In this document: positions 19,120 through 29,386 of the stretch, in pieces
Numbering within the stretch: the stretch's first letter is position 1
Layout of the letters: the number at the start of each line of letters is the position of its first letter
Assembly (NCBI GenBank): GCA_020351305.1
Contig: CP070730.1
Coordinates: forward strand, 1,178,133 to 1,242,132
Direction of reading: 5' to 3'
DNA: 64,000 nt
From: Candidatus Bathyarchaeota archaeon
GTDB lineage: Archaea; Thermoproteota; Bathyarchaeia; Bathyarchaeales; SOJC01
Notes under the pieces: generated by a model
Told to the model about the DNA's origin: nothing
Databases searched by the model: none
Seen by the model: the letters and a program-made list of their open reading frames with translations, nothing else
Translations under genes and position numbers: made by a program

Positions 19120-19870
19120 AGAGAAACACCAAGTAACGCCTAGGAAACCTCTGCTTATTGAAGGTCTCCCAGGCTTGGGAATGGTTGGTAGAATCACCAC
19201 CCGCTACTTAATTAAACAGCTTAAAGCTGAAAAATTCGCATTCCTTCACTCCCCGCACTTTCCATACTACGTCATCGTGGATAAAAAAGGTAACACTCGA
19301 CTCCTTCGTGGCGAATTTCATTACTGGAAGAATCCAAAAGGTAACGACCTCCTTTTCTTCACAGGGGATAGTCAAGCTCAAACCATAGAAGGTCAATATG
19401 AAATTGCTGAAACAATTCTTAATTTCGCCAAAAAGCACGAAGTAGAAACCATAATCACTCTTGGTGGCTACCGAAAAGAAGCTGGTAAGATGCCCAAGGT
19501 CATTGCGACAGCCACAGATGGCAAAACCTTGAATGAAGCCATTGAAGCAGGCGCCTCTCAAAGCCTTCCCGGGAATCCAATAGTAGGAACAGCAGGGCTA
19601 CTAGTTGGCATGGCGAAGTTCAAAGAAATCCCCGCATTGTGTCTTCTAGGAGAAACGCGAGGTTATCTTCCTGATCCAAAAGCTGCAAAAAGCATACTCC
19701 TCGTCTTGCAAAGAATGTTGAAGGTTACAATTAATTTAGATAAAATTGATAAAGAGATTATGAAATCCAACAAAATTTTAGAGAAGATGCGACAGATAGA
19801 AACGCGAAGGGAAACTTACGCGAAGAAAGCACGCAAGAGCGAAGAAGGTAAAACCAGCTATATCAGCTAA
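19103..19870 (+). CDS. PAC2-family proteasome assembly chaperone-like protein
   Basis: LIEGLPGLGMVGRI motif and GTAGLLVG. Sits in the position conserved downstream of nop10. Confidence 0.8.
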   Translation: MKTKIEEKHQVTPRKPLLIEGLPGLGMVGRITTRYLIKQLKAEKFAFLHSPHFPYYVIVDKKGNTRLLRGEFHYWKNPKGNDLLFFTGDSQAQTIEGQYEIAETILNFAKKHEVETIITLGGYRKEAGKMPKVIATATDGKTLNEAIEAGASQSLPGNPIVGTAGLLVGMAKFKEIPALCLLGETRGYLPDPKAAKSILLVLQRMLKVTINLDKIDKEIMKSNKILEKMRQIETRRETYAKKARKSEEGKTSYIS

Positions 19871-19930
19871 AGCTCTGATAACACACATACACCCGTACAG
19901 CACAATAACTACACTGTTTAAGTGGTGATA

Positions 19931-20815
19931 ATGGCGAAGATTCTCATTACGGGCACAAGCGGACTCCTAGGAAATAAAATCACCCTCGAAGCCAAGAGGA
20001 GACATATCGTTTATCCAACACATGCAACACACCCATCTTCTTCGAGATCACTGAAGATGGATATCACAAATGAAAATGAGGTAAAACAAGTTTTCTATAA
20101 AATCAAACCAGAAGTTGTTATTCATACAGCAGCTGAGACTAACGTTGACAAATGTTCGAAAGACAAGAAACATGCTTTTGCGGTGAACTCGGAAGGTACA
20201 AAAAATCTAGCAAAAGTATGTAATCAGATAGATGCACGAATCGTTTACATCTCAACAGATTATGTGTTTGATGGAGAAAAAGGGTTGTACAAAGAAGAGG
20301 ATAACACAAACCCATTGAATTTCTATGGTTTCACGAAACTTATGGGGGAGAAGCATATTCTAGAAATCTGTAAAAGATATTTGATTCTAAGGACAAGCGT
20401 CCTTTATGGCTTTTATCATGAGAAGCCAAATTTCGCAATGTGGGTGATAACAGCTTTGAAAGATAAGAAGCCATTTCATGTTGTTGAAGATCATTACAAC
20501 TCTCCAACCCTTGCCTCCAACCTTGCTGAAGTTACACTCGAGATGGTCGATAAAGAGCTGGATGGGCTCTATCATGCTGCTGGAAGCGAACGAATAAGCC
20601 GTTACAGTTTTGCCCTAAGAATAGCTGAAACCTTCGAATTTAATACCGATTTGATCAAGCCAGTAAAGATGCACGAACTAAAGGCGTGGGTGGCGAAGAG
20701 ACCGAAAGATTCATCCCTTTGCGTAAATAAGGTCAAAAAACAAATAGATACAACGCTACTACATGTTTCACAAGGGCTGAAGAAGATGAAAATGAAGTTG
20801 GCGAATCTAAAATGA
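19931..20815 (+). CDS. rfbD: dTDP-4-dehydrorhamnose reductase
   Basis: ILITGTSGLLG Rossmann motif, STDYVFDG, 290-300 aa, inside the rfb cluster. Confidence 0.85.
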   Translation: MAKILITGTSGLLGNKITLEAKRRHIVYPTHATHPSSSRSLKMDITNENEVKQVFYKIKPEVVIHTAAETNVDKCSKDKKHAFAVNSEGTKNLAKVCNQIDARIVYISTDYVFDGEKGLYKEEDNTNPLNFYGFTKLMGEKHILEICKRYLILRTSVLYGFYHEKPNFAMWVITALKDKKPFHVVEDHYNSPTLASNLAEVTLEMVDKELDGLYHAAGSERISRYSFALRIAETFEFNTDLIKPVKMHELKAWVAKRPKDSSLCVNKVKKQIDTTLLHVSQGLKKMKMKLANLK

Positions 20816-21882
20816 AAGGAGTTATCCTCCATGGGGGTCATGGGACAAGACTTCGACCCCTGACACATACCGGCCCAAAACAACTAATCCCTGTTGCAAA
20901 TAAGCCTATGTCCCAATATGCCCTAGAAGATTTGAGAGATTCAGGCGTTAATGATATTGCCATTGTGGTTGGAGATAGTCTGTCAAACAAAGTTCAAAAC
21001 TATTATAAAAATGGTCAAGAGTTCGGAGTAAGAACAACATATATCCATCAGAAACAGCCCAATGGAATAGCCCACGCGATAAGCTTAGCAGAGGACTTCG
21101 TTGGCGACAGCCCATTCATTGTATATCTTGGCGACAACTTGTTAAAAGGCAAGATTGCAGAGTTCGTAAAAGTATTTAAGGAGTCAAACTTTGATGCAAT
21201 GATACTTCTCTGCAAAGTTAAGAATCCTCAACGGTTTGGAGTAGCAAAATTTGACAAAAGTGGAAATTTACTTGAGCTGGTAGAAAAACCTAAAGAACCA
21301 CCTAGTAATTATGCCCTCACCGGCATCTACTTCCTCAAGCCAATAATTTTCAAGATAATAAAAGGTTTGAAACCCTCTTGGAGAGGAGAATTGGAAATCA
21401 CAGAAGCCCTACAAGGTTTGCTAGATTCCGGGCATCCAATCGGATATAAGTTTGTAACAGGGTGGTGGAAAGACACTGGAACAGTTGAAGACATTTTGGA
21501 AGCAAATCGGCTCGTACTCGATGATATCAAAAAGGAAGCTGAAGGCATTATTGAGGAAAACACCTCCATTCAAGGAAGAGTAACTATCGGCAAAGAAACT
21601 ATCATCAGGCGTGGAGCCTTGATAAGAGGCCCAGCAATAATTGGTAGAAGCACAGTTGTAGAGAAACATGTCTTCGTAGGCCCTTATACTAGCATTGGGA
21701 ACAATGTGAAAATCAAAAGGGGAGAGATAGAAAACTCGATAATAATGGATGGTTGCCAGATAGAAATTAATGGTAAGATAACCGACAGCTTAATAGGAGC
21801 TGGCACTACTTTGACAACAAATCAGAGAAGCCCTAAAGGCTGCAGACTTGTTGTGGGTGAAAACTCACGAATAGTTCTATGA
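20812..21882 (+). CDS. rfbA: glucose-1-phosphate thymidylyltransferase (long archaeal form with C-terminal LbH domain)
   Basis: KGVILHGGHGTRLRPLT nucleotidyltransferase motif and C-terminal hexapeptide repeats. 4-nt overlap with rfbD. Confidence 0.85.
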   Translation: MKGVILHGGHGTRLRPLTHTGPKQLIPVANKPMSQYALEDLRDSGVNDIAIVVGDSLSNKVQNYYKNGQEFGVRTTYIHQKQPNGIAHAISLAEDFVGDSPFIVYLGDNLLKGKIAEFVKVFKESNFDAMILLCKVKNPQRFGVAKFDKSGNLLELVEKPKEPPSNYALTGIYFLKPIIFKIIKGLKPSWRGELEITEALQGLLDSGHPIGYKFVTGWWKDTGTVEDILEANRLVLDDIKKEAEGIIEENTSIQGRVTIGKETIIRRGALIRGPAIIGRSTVVEKHVFVGPYTSIGNNVKIKRGEIENSIIMDGCQIEINGKITDSLIGAGTTLTTNQRSPKGCRLVVGENSRIVL

Positions 21883-21883
21883 A

Positions 21884-22360
21884 GTGTTGAAATTGATTGA
21901 AGAAGTGCTTACGCGTCAACTGAGATTAATCGCAGACGAAAGAGGATGGCTAATGGAGGTCTTAAGAAGCGACTGGGAACTCTTCAATGAATTTGGCCAA
22001 GCATATGTCACTGCAGCTTATCCACAAGTCGTGAAAGCTTGGCACATGCACAAGAAGCAGACAGATAACATCGCCTGTATAAAAGGCATGATCAAACTCG
22101 TTCTGTATGATAGTAGAAAAAACTCAACAACCGATGGAGAAATTAATGAGTTCATCATTGGCGAAAAAAATCCTACACTCGTCAAAATACCTCCAAAAAT
22201 CTGGCACGGGTTCAAAACCATCGGCAAAGAAACAGCTATTGTCATGAATGTCCCGACTAACCTGTATGATTATGAGACTCCGGACGAGTCTAGATTGCCC
22301 CCAGATACCAAGAAAATCCCATATGATTGGAAACTTTCACCCTGGTTGAAACATGGATGA
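21884..22360 (+). CDS. rfbC: dTDP-4-dehydrorhamnose 3,5-epimerase-like cupin
   Basis: RGWLMEV...QAYVT...KAWHMHKKQTD...PPKIWHGF. Positioned between rfbA and rfbB. Confidence 0.8.
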   Translation: MLKLIEEVLTRQLRLIADERGWLMEVLRSDWELFNEFGQAYVTAAYPQVVKAWHMHKKQTDNIACIKGMIKLVLYDSRKNSTTDGEINEFIIGEKNPTLVKIPPKIWHGFKTIGKETAIVMNVPTNLYDYETPDESRLPPDTKKIPYDWKLSPWLKHG

Positions 22361-22366
22361 TTAAGA

Positions 22367-23362
22367 ATGAGGATCCTAGTAACAGGAGGAGCTGGCTTCA
22401 TAGGAAGCAACTTCATAAGACACATGATGCTAAACCATGATGACTTAGAGATAGTCAACTTTGACCTTCTAACCTATGCAGGAAGACTCGAAAATCTACA
22501 AGATGTGAAGAATGATACGCGCTACCGGTTCATCCATGGAGACATTCGAAATATAAAAGCAGTAAACTATCTAATGAAAGAGAGATTTGACCTAATAGTG
22601 AATTTTGCAGCAGAAACTCATGTTGACAGAAGCCTTAGAGATGGCGGATCTTTTATCTTAACCAACGTACACGGAACTCACGCTCTTTTAGATGCAGCAA
22701 GGAAATGGGATGTCGAAAGATTTCTGCAAATCTCCACGGATGAAGTTTACGGCAGTATTACAGAAGGCTCTTTCAAAGAAACCGATAACCTCAACCCTTC
22801 CAGCCCCTACTCTGCAAGCAAGGCCGCAGGAGACCACATCGCTTTAGCCTTTTACAAAACATACGGATGCCCAGTACTTATAACTCGCAGCTCAAATAAT
22901 TATGGACCCTACCAATATCCTGAGAAATTTATCCCTAAATTAATATTACGCACACTTCACGATCAACCCTTACCGATCTATGGAAACGGGAAACAAGTGA
23001 GAGATTGGCTTCATGTTACAGACAATTGCATAGCCTTAGACCTGATAGTGAACAAAGGAAAGGTTGGAGAGATATACAACATCGCCTCCGGCGAAGAAAG
23101 TATGAATGTAGAAGTCGCAAGGAAGGTTCTTAAAACCTTGAAGAAGACCAAGTCCCTCATGAAAACAGTTCCTGACAGACCTGGTCACGACTTCAGATAT
23201 TCTCTTGACACCACCAAAATAAGAGGGCTTGGATGGAAGCCGAAAATTAACCTTGTCAAAGGCTTGGAAAAAACCATCAGCTGGTATTCTAATAACCAAT
23301 GGTGGTGGAAAAATCTGCTGAAAGACGAGTTCTTCAATATGGAGACACCACATCTTCACTGA
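22367..23362 (+). CDS. rfbB: dTDP-glucose 4,6-dehydratase
   Basis: ILVTGGAGFIGSNF, ISTDEVYG, and YSASKAA (the YxxxK motif). Confidence 0.9.
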   Translation: MRILVTGGAGFIGSNFIRHMMLNHDDLEIVNFDLLTYAGRLENLQDVKNDTRYRFIHGDIRNIKAVNYLMKERFDLIVNFAAETHVDRSLRDGGSFILTNVHGTHALLDAARKWDVERFLQISTDEVYGSITEGSFKETDNLNPSSPYSASKAAGDHIALAFYKTYGCPVLITRSSNNYGPYQYPEKFIPKLILRTLHDQPLPIYGNGKQVRDWLHVTDNCIALDLIVNKGKVGEIYNIASGEESMNVEVARKVLKTLKKTKSLMKTVPDRPGHDFRYSLDTTKIRGLGWKPKINLVKGLEKTISWYSNNQWWWKNLLKDEFFNMETPHLH

Positions 23363-23364
23363 CT

Positions 23365-24972
23365 TTGGTTATAAAATTGACTGACACTATTAGTGCCCAA
23401 ACCCATGTCGCAAGGGGAGCAACCTTCATCTTTGCTCAAGGTTTCCTAACCTCAGTTCTAGGCGTAATCTATGTCTGGTTCTTGCTTCACACAAAAGATA
23501 TTGCAGGGACAGTGCTGTTCACTGAATCTGATTTCGGTTTGTTTACCATATTGAGCTTCATCTTATCATTAACCTCTTCTATAGGCGTCATAGCCTTACG
23601 AAAAGCTTCTATCAAGTATATTTCACACTACCTTGCAAGGGGAAAAAATGGAGCAGCAAGCTCTGTAGTGTCCCGTGTCTTGCAGGTTTCTATATTGACA
23701 TCGTTGACGCAGATGGCTCTGTTGCTTGTATTGGCAGGAGTGCTTTCTAATGCTCTTAATAGTTCCATTCTGATTTTCTATCTTCTCCCAGCTGCCTCTG
23801 TTTTCCAAATATTCTACTTCCAAGCCCAAGGCTTTCTACAAGGTCTACAGAAAATGCGCGATAGAGCAATAATTGGACTGATTGAAACTGGGTTTCGATA
23901 CTCCATTAGTGTCATTTTGGTCTACCTCGGATTTGGCGTTCTTGGAATCGCATTTGGCTGGTTATCCTCATACCTTCTGTCATGTGCGATAAGCCTTTTC
24001 GTCACGTTTCGTTATATTAAATTTTCAGCCCATGTACATGAACTAAAATCACTTTTGATATTCTCTTTCCCAATTTATGTTTCGATGCTGTTAACTCTCA
24101 TTGTGAATTGGGTTGACCAGATTTTTGTATTGCCTTTTATGGGAATTGATGCCTTGGGAGTTTATAGCCTTGCTGTTAGGGCTTCCGTTGTTCCCGGTCT
24201 AGTCTCGACTGCTATAGGCATCTCCCTTTTCCCGAAATTATCGGAGCTTCATTCCAAATCGGGAGTTGAGGGTTTGAGAGGTGCATTTGAGATCTCAACC
24301 AGGTATGCTGCTCTTTTAGGATTTCCCACATCGTTGTTAGTAGGGACTCTAGCCTATCCTATTATCGTATTGTTTGCTACAGTGAGGTATGCAGGCGCTG
24401 TGATTCCGTTCACTGTCATGTGTATTGCGGCGCTACCGACTATTCTAGGCTCCGCCATTAATCCTACATTTTTTACGCTAAACCGAACCAAAATGGCTTC
24501 ATTAATAACTGTCTTTGTCATTCTTTCACAGGTTATCCTTTCATATGTTTTTCTCGCTCAACTCAGCTTAGGTTTGGTGGGTGTAGCGTTTTCGAGGATG
24601 GTTGCTGCATTCATCGGGTTTGCTTTGGGTTCGTATATACTTTGGCTAAGTCTCAAAGTTGGGTTTGACAGAGAAGCGTTGTGGAAGTCTGCTGTAGCGT
24701 CAATTGTCATGGTTCTATCTATCATGGGTATTGAGCTTTTAAGAGCGATTACCCAGCCTTTGTCCTATGAATTTCTTGTTTTGCGTTTACGTTTGCTTCC
24801 AATTTACGCAGCAGTGGGAGTATTTGTTTATATTCTCTCCCTAATTTTGCTAAAAGCTGTGAAAAGGAGAGATATAGAATTACTACATGATTACCTTCCC
24901 TCGAGACTACAATGGATTGCTGATCTATTTGGTCGGTTTACACGCCTACGCAATCAGAAGGAAATAATGTGA
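23365..24972 (+). CDS. polysaccharide/oligosaccharide flippase (MOP/Wzx-like)
   Basis: More than 10 hydrophobic helices, about 535 aa. The TTG at 23365, right after the rfbB stop, is preferred. The track ORF begins at GTG 23299, which overlaps rfbB. Confidence 0.75.
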   Translation: MVIKLTDTISAQTHVARGATFIFAQGFLTSVLGVIYVWFLLHTKDIAGTVLFTESDFGLFTILSFILSLTSSIGVIALRKASIKYISHYLARGKNGAASSVVSRVLQVSILTSLTQMALLLVLAGVLSNALNSSILIFYLLPAASVFQIFYFQAQGFLQGLQKMRDRAIIGLIETGFRYSISVILVYLGFGVLGIAFGWLSSYLLSCAISLFVTFRYIKFSAHVHELKSLLIFSFPIYVSMLLTLIVNWVDQIFVLPFMGIDALGVYSLAVRASVVPGLVSTAIGISLFPKLSELHSKSGVEGLRGAFEISTRYAALLGFPTSLLVGTLAYPIIVLFATVRYAGAVIPFTVMCIAALPTILGSAINPTFFTLNRTKMASLITVFVILSQVILSYVFLAQLSLGLVGVAFSRMVAAFIGFALGSYILWLSLKVGFDREALWKSAVASIVMVLSIMGIELLRAITQPLSYEFLVLRLRLLPIYAAVGVFVYILSLILLKAVKRRDIELLHDYLPSRLQWIADLFGRFTRLRNQKEIM

Positions 24973-25030
24973 AGCCTACCTTCATGTGTGTGATTCTATA
25001 GAAATCCTTGGCCAGCAAACAGTTGCATGT

Positions 25031-26413
25031 TCACAATTTTATGGCTGTACCATCTGCGTCTTGTGGGATTTCCAACTCAAGATGATTTAATATCGTTGGG
25101 ACTATATCGTATACCGTAATCGCATTCACCATGCGAGGTTTCATTTCATCTTTATAAATCATCACAATGCCGTCAGGGTGATGACTCGCGAAGTCTCTTC
25201 TAACTATGGATTTTGGTGTTATTGTGTCACTGCGAAGTGCAAATCCTTTACTAAAATTCGGCATCGCAACGATATCAGGAAAGCCTTCTAGATTATTTCC
25301 ATTATAAATATCTTCTTTTTTCCACACTCCTCCCACAAACTGCATTTTCTTCAAAATCGACACTACACGATCAGTTAGTTCCTTTTCTTTTAGATAAATC
25401 CCAAATCCATGTGCAAATGCTCTTGATGATTTTGGGTCAACATAGGTTGTCATTTCCGCCTTAATATCAGATTTCAGTAATTGCTTATAGATTTTAGATA
25501 AAATTAATTCAACTGGTGCTGGTAGTGCCGAAAGAATTCTGTAAGTCTCTCTTGGCAGCTGAAAAGTCATTTTCTGTTCTTCAACTTGTCTATGACAAAC
25601 TAGGTCCTTTAAGATCTCTTGTTTCACACTGTTTGCCAACCCTAATTTTTGGAGGAATGTGTTGATGTAAATTGCATGTCTGAATCTGGCAAATCCATGG
25701 TCCGAAGTAATGATGAGCAAATCCACAAGGTCTTTCACAATACCAAAAGTTTCATCCATTTTTGCAAAAAGCTTCATCACTTCTTTGTTTCCTTTACGAA
25801 CTAGCTCATAATATCTATGGAATAAATGGTCGGGTTCACTGTAAACAACCCAAAATAAATCCCAATCGATCTCTTTCATTAAAGCATTAGTTGTATCAAC
25901 ACGACTTGACAATTCCGAATACTCATCATTCCAATTCTTTGCCAGCAATGATGATGTTTTTGTTAATGTAGGACCGTGATAACCCTTTGCAAAGCGTTCA
26001 ATATCTCTCGAATATTTGATCTCAGGAGATAGCCAATCTGTGATAATAGAAGATCCGTTGAATCTCTTTATTGGGTAAGTCAAAATTTGGTTGATGCACA
26101 CGCTTTTTAGGTTCTGAGCAGCAACCATCTCATGAATTCTGAGATACTTGACATCTTGTGAATTTAAAATTCTAGTGTCATTATACCCTTTTGTTGGTCT
26201 TGTGAATCCGAAGATTCCATGCTTTCCAGGATTCACTCCTGTTGCAATAGTTGTCCATGCAGTGGCTGACTCAGGAGGAATTGTTGAACGTAAGGTTCCT
26301 TTGAATGACTCAATAGCAAGTTTTCTAAGATTTGGCATAACTCCCCAATCAAATAGCTTATTCAAAATAGGCCAATGCATCCCGTCAAGACCTATCATAG
26401 CTACTTTTTTCAT
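25031..26413 (-). CDS. alkaline-phosphatase-superfamily phosphodiesterase/pyrophosphatase-like protein (COG3379-like)
   Basis: IGLDGM...PPESATAWTTIATGVNPGKHGIF and SDHGF motifs. 4-nt overlap with the upstream gene. Confidence 0.75.
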   Translation of the reverse strand: MKKVAMIGLDGMHWPILNKLFDWGVMPNLRKLAIESFKGTLRSTIPPESATAWTTIATGVNPGKHGIFGFTRPTKGYNDTRILNSQDVKYLRIHEMVAAQNLKSVCINQILTYPIKRFNGSSIITDWLSPEIKYSRDIERFAKGYHGPTLTKTSSLLAKNWNDEYSELSSRVDTTNALMKEIDWDLFWVVYSEPDHLFHRYYELVRKGNKEVMKLFAKMDETFGIVKDLVDLLIITSDHGFARFRHAIYINTFLQKLGLANSVKQEILKDLVCHRQVEEQKMTFQLPRETYRILSALPAPVELILSKIYKQLLKSDIKAEMTTYVDPKSSRAFAHGFGIYLKEKELTDRVVSILKKMQFVGGVWKKEDIYNGNNLEGFPDIVAMPNFSKGFALRSDTITPKSIVRRDFASHHPDGIVMIYKDEMKPRMVNAITVYDIVPTILNHLELEIPQDADGTAIKL

Positions 26414-27297
26414 GAGCTTTCACCTAAGAGCTGTTTTAAACGAGCACGATAATTTCTAAACTTCTCAATTTCCAGAGCAGGTCTTCCCAAGATTGTCGCT
26501 CCCTCGGGAACATTCTTTACAACCAAACTTCCAATTCCCACAAAAACATTGCGTCCTATCTTGATACTATTTCTTATAGTTGAATGTGGTGCAATGAAAG
26601 TGAAGTCTCCGATTTCAGTCGCACCAGCAATCAATGTCATTCCTGCAATGACGCAATGCGATCCAATTTCCACTTCATGCCCAATGTCACAGTTTGGCCC
26701 AATTTTGGTGCCTTTCCCAAGGATTGTAGGTCTAAGAATTCCCTTTTGAATAGTTGTATTACTCCCTATATCTACGTCATCTTCTATTATCAAGGAACTC
26801 ATATGAGGAACTCTCTTTAATTCTCCGTACTTGTTCTTACCATAATCCAGCCCCTCTGCACCTAAAACAGCATTTGCTCTAATAGTCACCCTATTCCCGA
26901 TTATGGTTCCATCATAAATCACCACGTTTGGATGAATGTCAACTTCTTTACCAAGTCTTACATTTGACCCAATAAATGCAAGAGGAGATATAGCTCGCAC
27001 TTCTTCAGCAAAAAAATTCTGAAGAACCCTGGCAAAATCGTACTTCGCAGCGTTGCTAAGGATCATTGTAGGTCCATTCTTGATTTGCTTAAGCTTTTTC
27101 TTAAGATGCTTTGAGCATATTACTATTCCAGCCTTTGTTTTTTTTATCGATTCTAGGTCCTTTCTATCATCTTTCAAGTAGCAATACGCTAGTTCATCGC
27201 TCTTAGCTGTGTGCAGGTACCCAGGTCTCTTAATTTCCTTTTTAGGATCCCCTAATATTTCACCTTTGATGAAGGCTGCTATTTCCTTTGCTTTCAT
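26410..27297 (-). CDS. LpxD-like UDP-sugar N-acyltransferase (N-terminal uridine-binding-like domain plus LbH)
   Basis: MKAKEIAAFIKGEILGD...ELAYC N-terminus resembles LpxD, followed by many hexapeptide repeats. The ATG at 27297 lies 1 nt after the upstream TGA (27301-27299). Confidence 0.75.
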   Translation of the reverse strand: MKAKEIAAFIKGEILGDPKKEIKRPGYLHTAKSDELAYCYLKDDRKDLESIKKTKAGIVICSKHLKKKLKQIKNGPTMILSNAAKYDFARVLQNFFAEEVRAISPLAFIGSNVRLGKEVDIHPNVVIYDGTIIGNRVTIRANAVLGAEGLDYGKNKYGELKRVPHMSSLIIEDDVDIGSNTTIQKGILRPTILGKGTKIGPNCDIGHEVEIGSHCVIAGMTLIAGATEIGDFTFIAPHSTIRNSIKIGRNVFVGIGSLVVKNVPEGATILGRPALEIEKFRNYRARLKQLLGESS

Positions 27298-27298
27298 A

Positions 27299-28117
27299 TC
27301 ATTTCTTCCGTCCGTGAAGTGCAACCATTGCATTGTTTTGGAAGAATCGTCTATGATTCTCTTGATTAACACATTGTTTCCATTCGTCAACTATAGTAAA
27401 GGGCAGAAGAGGATAATCGCTCCCAAAAATGAATTTTTGACTAAGGTACTTGTTCATAGCAGTCACATATGACTGTGAGAGGTGTTTTGGTCGCAATGCA
27501 CTGACTTCCAAGAAAACGTTTGGATGCCTTTGAGCTAATACTAATGGAAGGTCGCCAAAGCCATTTCCTGCATGAGACATGACAATTCTTAAATCAGGAA
27601 AATCAACAGCAACGTTGTCGATTCGGAACGGGTGGTTTAGATATAGTCGTGCTCCGGAGTAGTAATGTAGCGAAGAATGTATAATTGCACACACCCCATA
27701 GTCTACGCAGAGGGAATATAATGGATACAGCTTTTTGTCATCTATTGCCATTGGGGGATTCTGCAAAAGGCCACCAAAATTGAAGCCCAAGAAGTGTGCT
27801 TTTAACATTTTCTTCAATTCTCGATAAGCGTTCATTATGCCATTCTCAAGTCGAGCCCCAGCAATCCCTATGAAGAAGTTGCCATACTTCTCGCACATTT
27901 TTGAAACAAATCTGTTTCCCTTTTTGCTACCTGAGCACAATACTGCTTTTGCTATACCAGCGGCTTTCATTTCTCCTATTGTTTCCTCAGGGGTTTGATA
28001 AGTCAATCTAGGTTTCATCTTGTAGAAATCAATGTATCTCTCAAATTGGGGTATTGGTTTTGGAACCCAAGCCTCTAAAGCTTCAGATGTTCTCAGTCTA
28101 ACCCTAAAGTCAATCAC
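27299..28117 (-). CDS. amidohydrolase-2 family TIM-barrel metal hydrolase (COG2159-like)
   Basis: IVMSHAGNGFGD, VFLEVSAL, and FGSDYPLL motifs. Confidence 0.75.
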   Translation of the reverse strand: MIDFRVRLRTSEALEAWVPKPIPQFERYIDFYKMKPRLTYQTPEETIGEMKAAGIAKAVLCSGSKKGNRFVSKMCEKYGNFFIGIAGARLENGIMNAYRELKKMLKAHFLGFNFGGLLQNPPMAIDDKKLYPLYSLCVDYGVCAIIHSSLHYYSGARLYLNHPFRIDNVAVDFPDLRIVMSHAGNGFGDLPLVLAQRHPNVFLEVSALRPKHLSQSYVTAMNKYLSQKFIFGSDYPLLPFTIVDEWKQCVNQENHRRFFQNNAMVALHGRKK

Positions 28118-28249
28118 TTCTCTTCATCTCAATCAAAATATTTAGCTTTTGATAAACCTTGCGTGTACAATTATGTGCTACTCTAAACTAACTCTTTGTG
28201 GTGAAAGCGAGTTTCAAAGTCAGTCAGAAAAATAATACACCCGCACATG

Positions 28250-29179
28250 CTAGACTAGGCAATTGTAGGTTTCAACCAACCTTTCTATCACCACTTGTGG
28301 AGTATGGTGTTGTTTTAGATAATTGTATTCTTTCTCCCATAAACGCATTTCCCGAGAGGAAATCAATGCTTCAGCGATTTCCTCAGGTGTAGACAGATCA
28401 TGTAAAGGAAATTCATTGTATTCTGAGAACCTAGAAGACACATGGACCACAGTCGGTCTTCCGCAAGCTATTGCTTCCAAAGCAACCATGCCAAGGCTCC
28501 CACCTATTCCGATCGATCCAATCACCGTGTCAGCATTCCAGTAATAGTCTCGCATTTCTGAATGAGAAACGGGAGGTAACACTGTAACATTTAAACCTAG
28601 ATCGTCTGCAAGTTTCAACGTCCTATTTATATCAATACCGTACCTAATAATGCTTAAATCCACTTCACTCTGGACCTTTTTCGCTGCATATAAAATCTTA
28701 TCTGTCCCTTTTATTCTCCAATGACTGCCTGCAGCAATCAAGACTTTCAGCTTCTCTTCTGGTTCATTTCTTCCGTTAGGATAAAAAAGTTCTGTGTCAA
28801 CAGGGTTTGGCAAGTATTCTGAGCTATCATTATATTCTAGTGCCTTTTCCAGCAAGTTTGGTGTACTAACGAGTACTTTATCACAATTCTTCAGATTATG
28901 CTTCACAATTCTGCCTAAGAAGAAGCGCCCAATACTTTCTCTAACATCGGTCCCGTGAGCATGACCAACAAGAGGATGCTTTCCCAGCCTTGCCGCAATA
29001 TAACAGTCTTGAAGCAAGTAGTTTGCGTGATATACATCTCCTTTCGCTTTAAAAATCTTGTATGCTATTCCAAATGTCTTATCCCAAAATTGTCGGGTCC
29101 GTTTGATGTGTTGCTTCTCAAAGTTTAAAGGCAGATATTTGAGCAAAGTCGTGCCAACATTTGCACAATCATTAACCAT
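28250..29179 (-). CDS. glycosyltransferase family 4 (GT-B, group 1)
   Basis: GGSLGMVALEAIACGRPTV (E-x7-E region). N-terminus MVNDCANVG. An in-frame TGA lies 8 codons upstream, so there is no longer form. Confidence 0.8.
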   Translation of the reverse strand: MVNDCANVGTTLLKYLPLNFEKQHIKRTRQFWDKTFGIAYKIFKAKGDVYHANYLLQDCYIAARLGKHPLVGHAHGTDVRESIGRFFLGRIVKHNLKNCDKVLVSTPNLLEKALEYNDSSEYLPNPVDTELFYPNGRNEPEEKLKVLIAAGSHWRIKGTDKILYAAKKVQSEVDLSIIRYGIDINRTLKLADDLGLNVTVLPPVSHSEMRDYYWNADTVIGSIGIGGSLGMVALEAIACGRPTVVHVSSRFSEYNEFPLHDLSTPEEIAEALISSREMRLWEKEYNYLKQHHTPQVVIERLVETYNCLV

Positions 29180-29386
29180 TACGATCTTCAGAGCAATCCA
29201 CTCTCAATGCTTCTAGTAGCATTCTAATTTTTTCTCTAATATGTCTGCTTTAAAGCGCTCCAATTATACAAGGATTTTAACCTCTTAATATTAAGTAATC
29301 GTATAGCCATTCTATGGTATCGCCAATTGATTCAAAACCAATTTTCATCACAATGTTCATAGTCTTGCTTCATTCCAATAGATGTT

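Noticed and set aside
29180-29386. Possible frameshifted N-terminal extension of the GT4 gene; a 27-aa ORF (MNIVMKIGFESIGD...) looks vaguely GT-like
   Set aside because: An in-frame TGA lies 8 codons upstream of the GT4 ATG, the 27-aa ORF is in another frame and very short, and MVNDCANVG is an acceptable GT4 N-terminus. There is no solid evidence for a frameshift.
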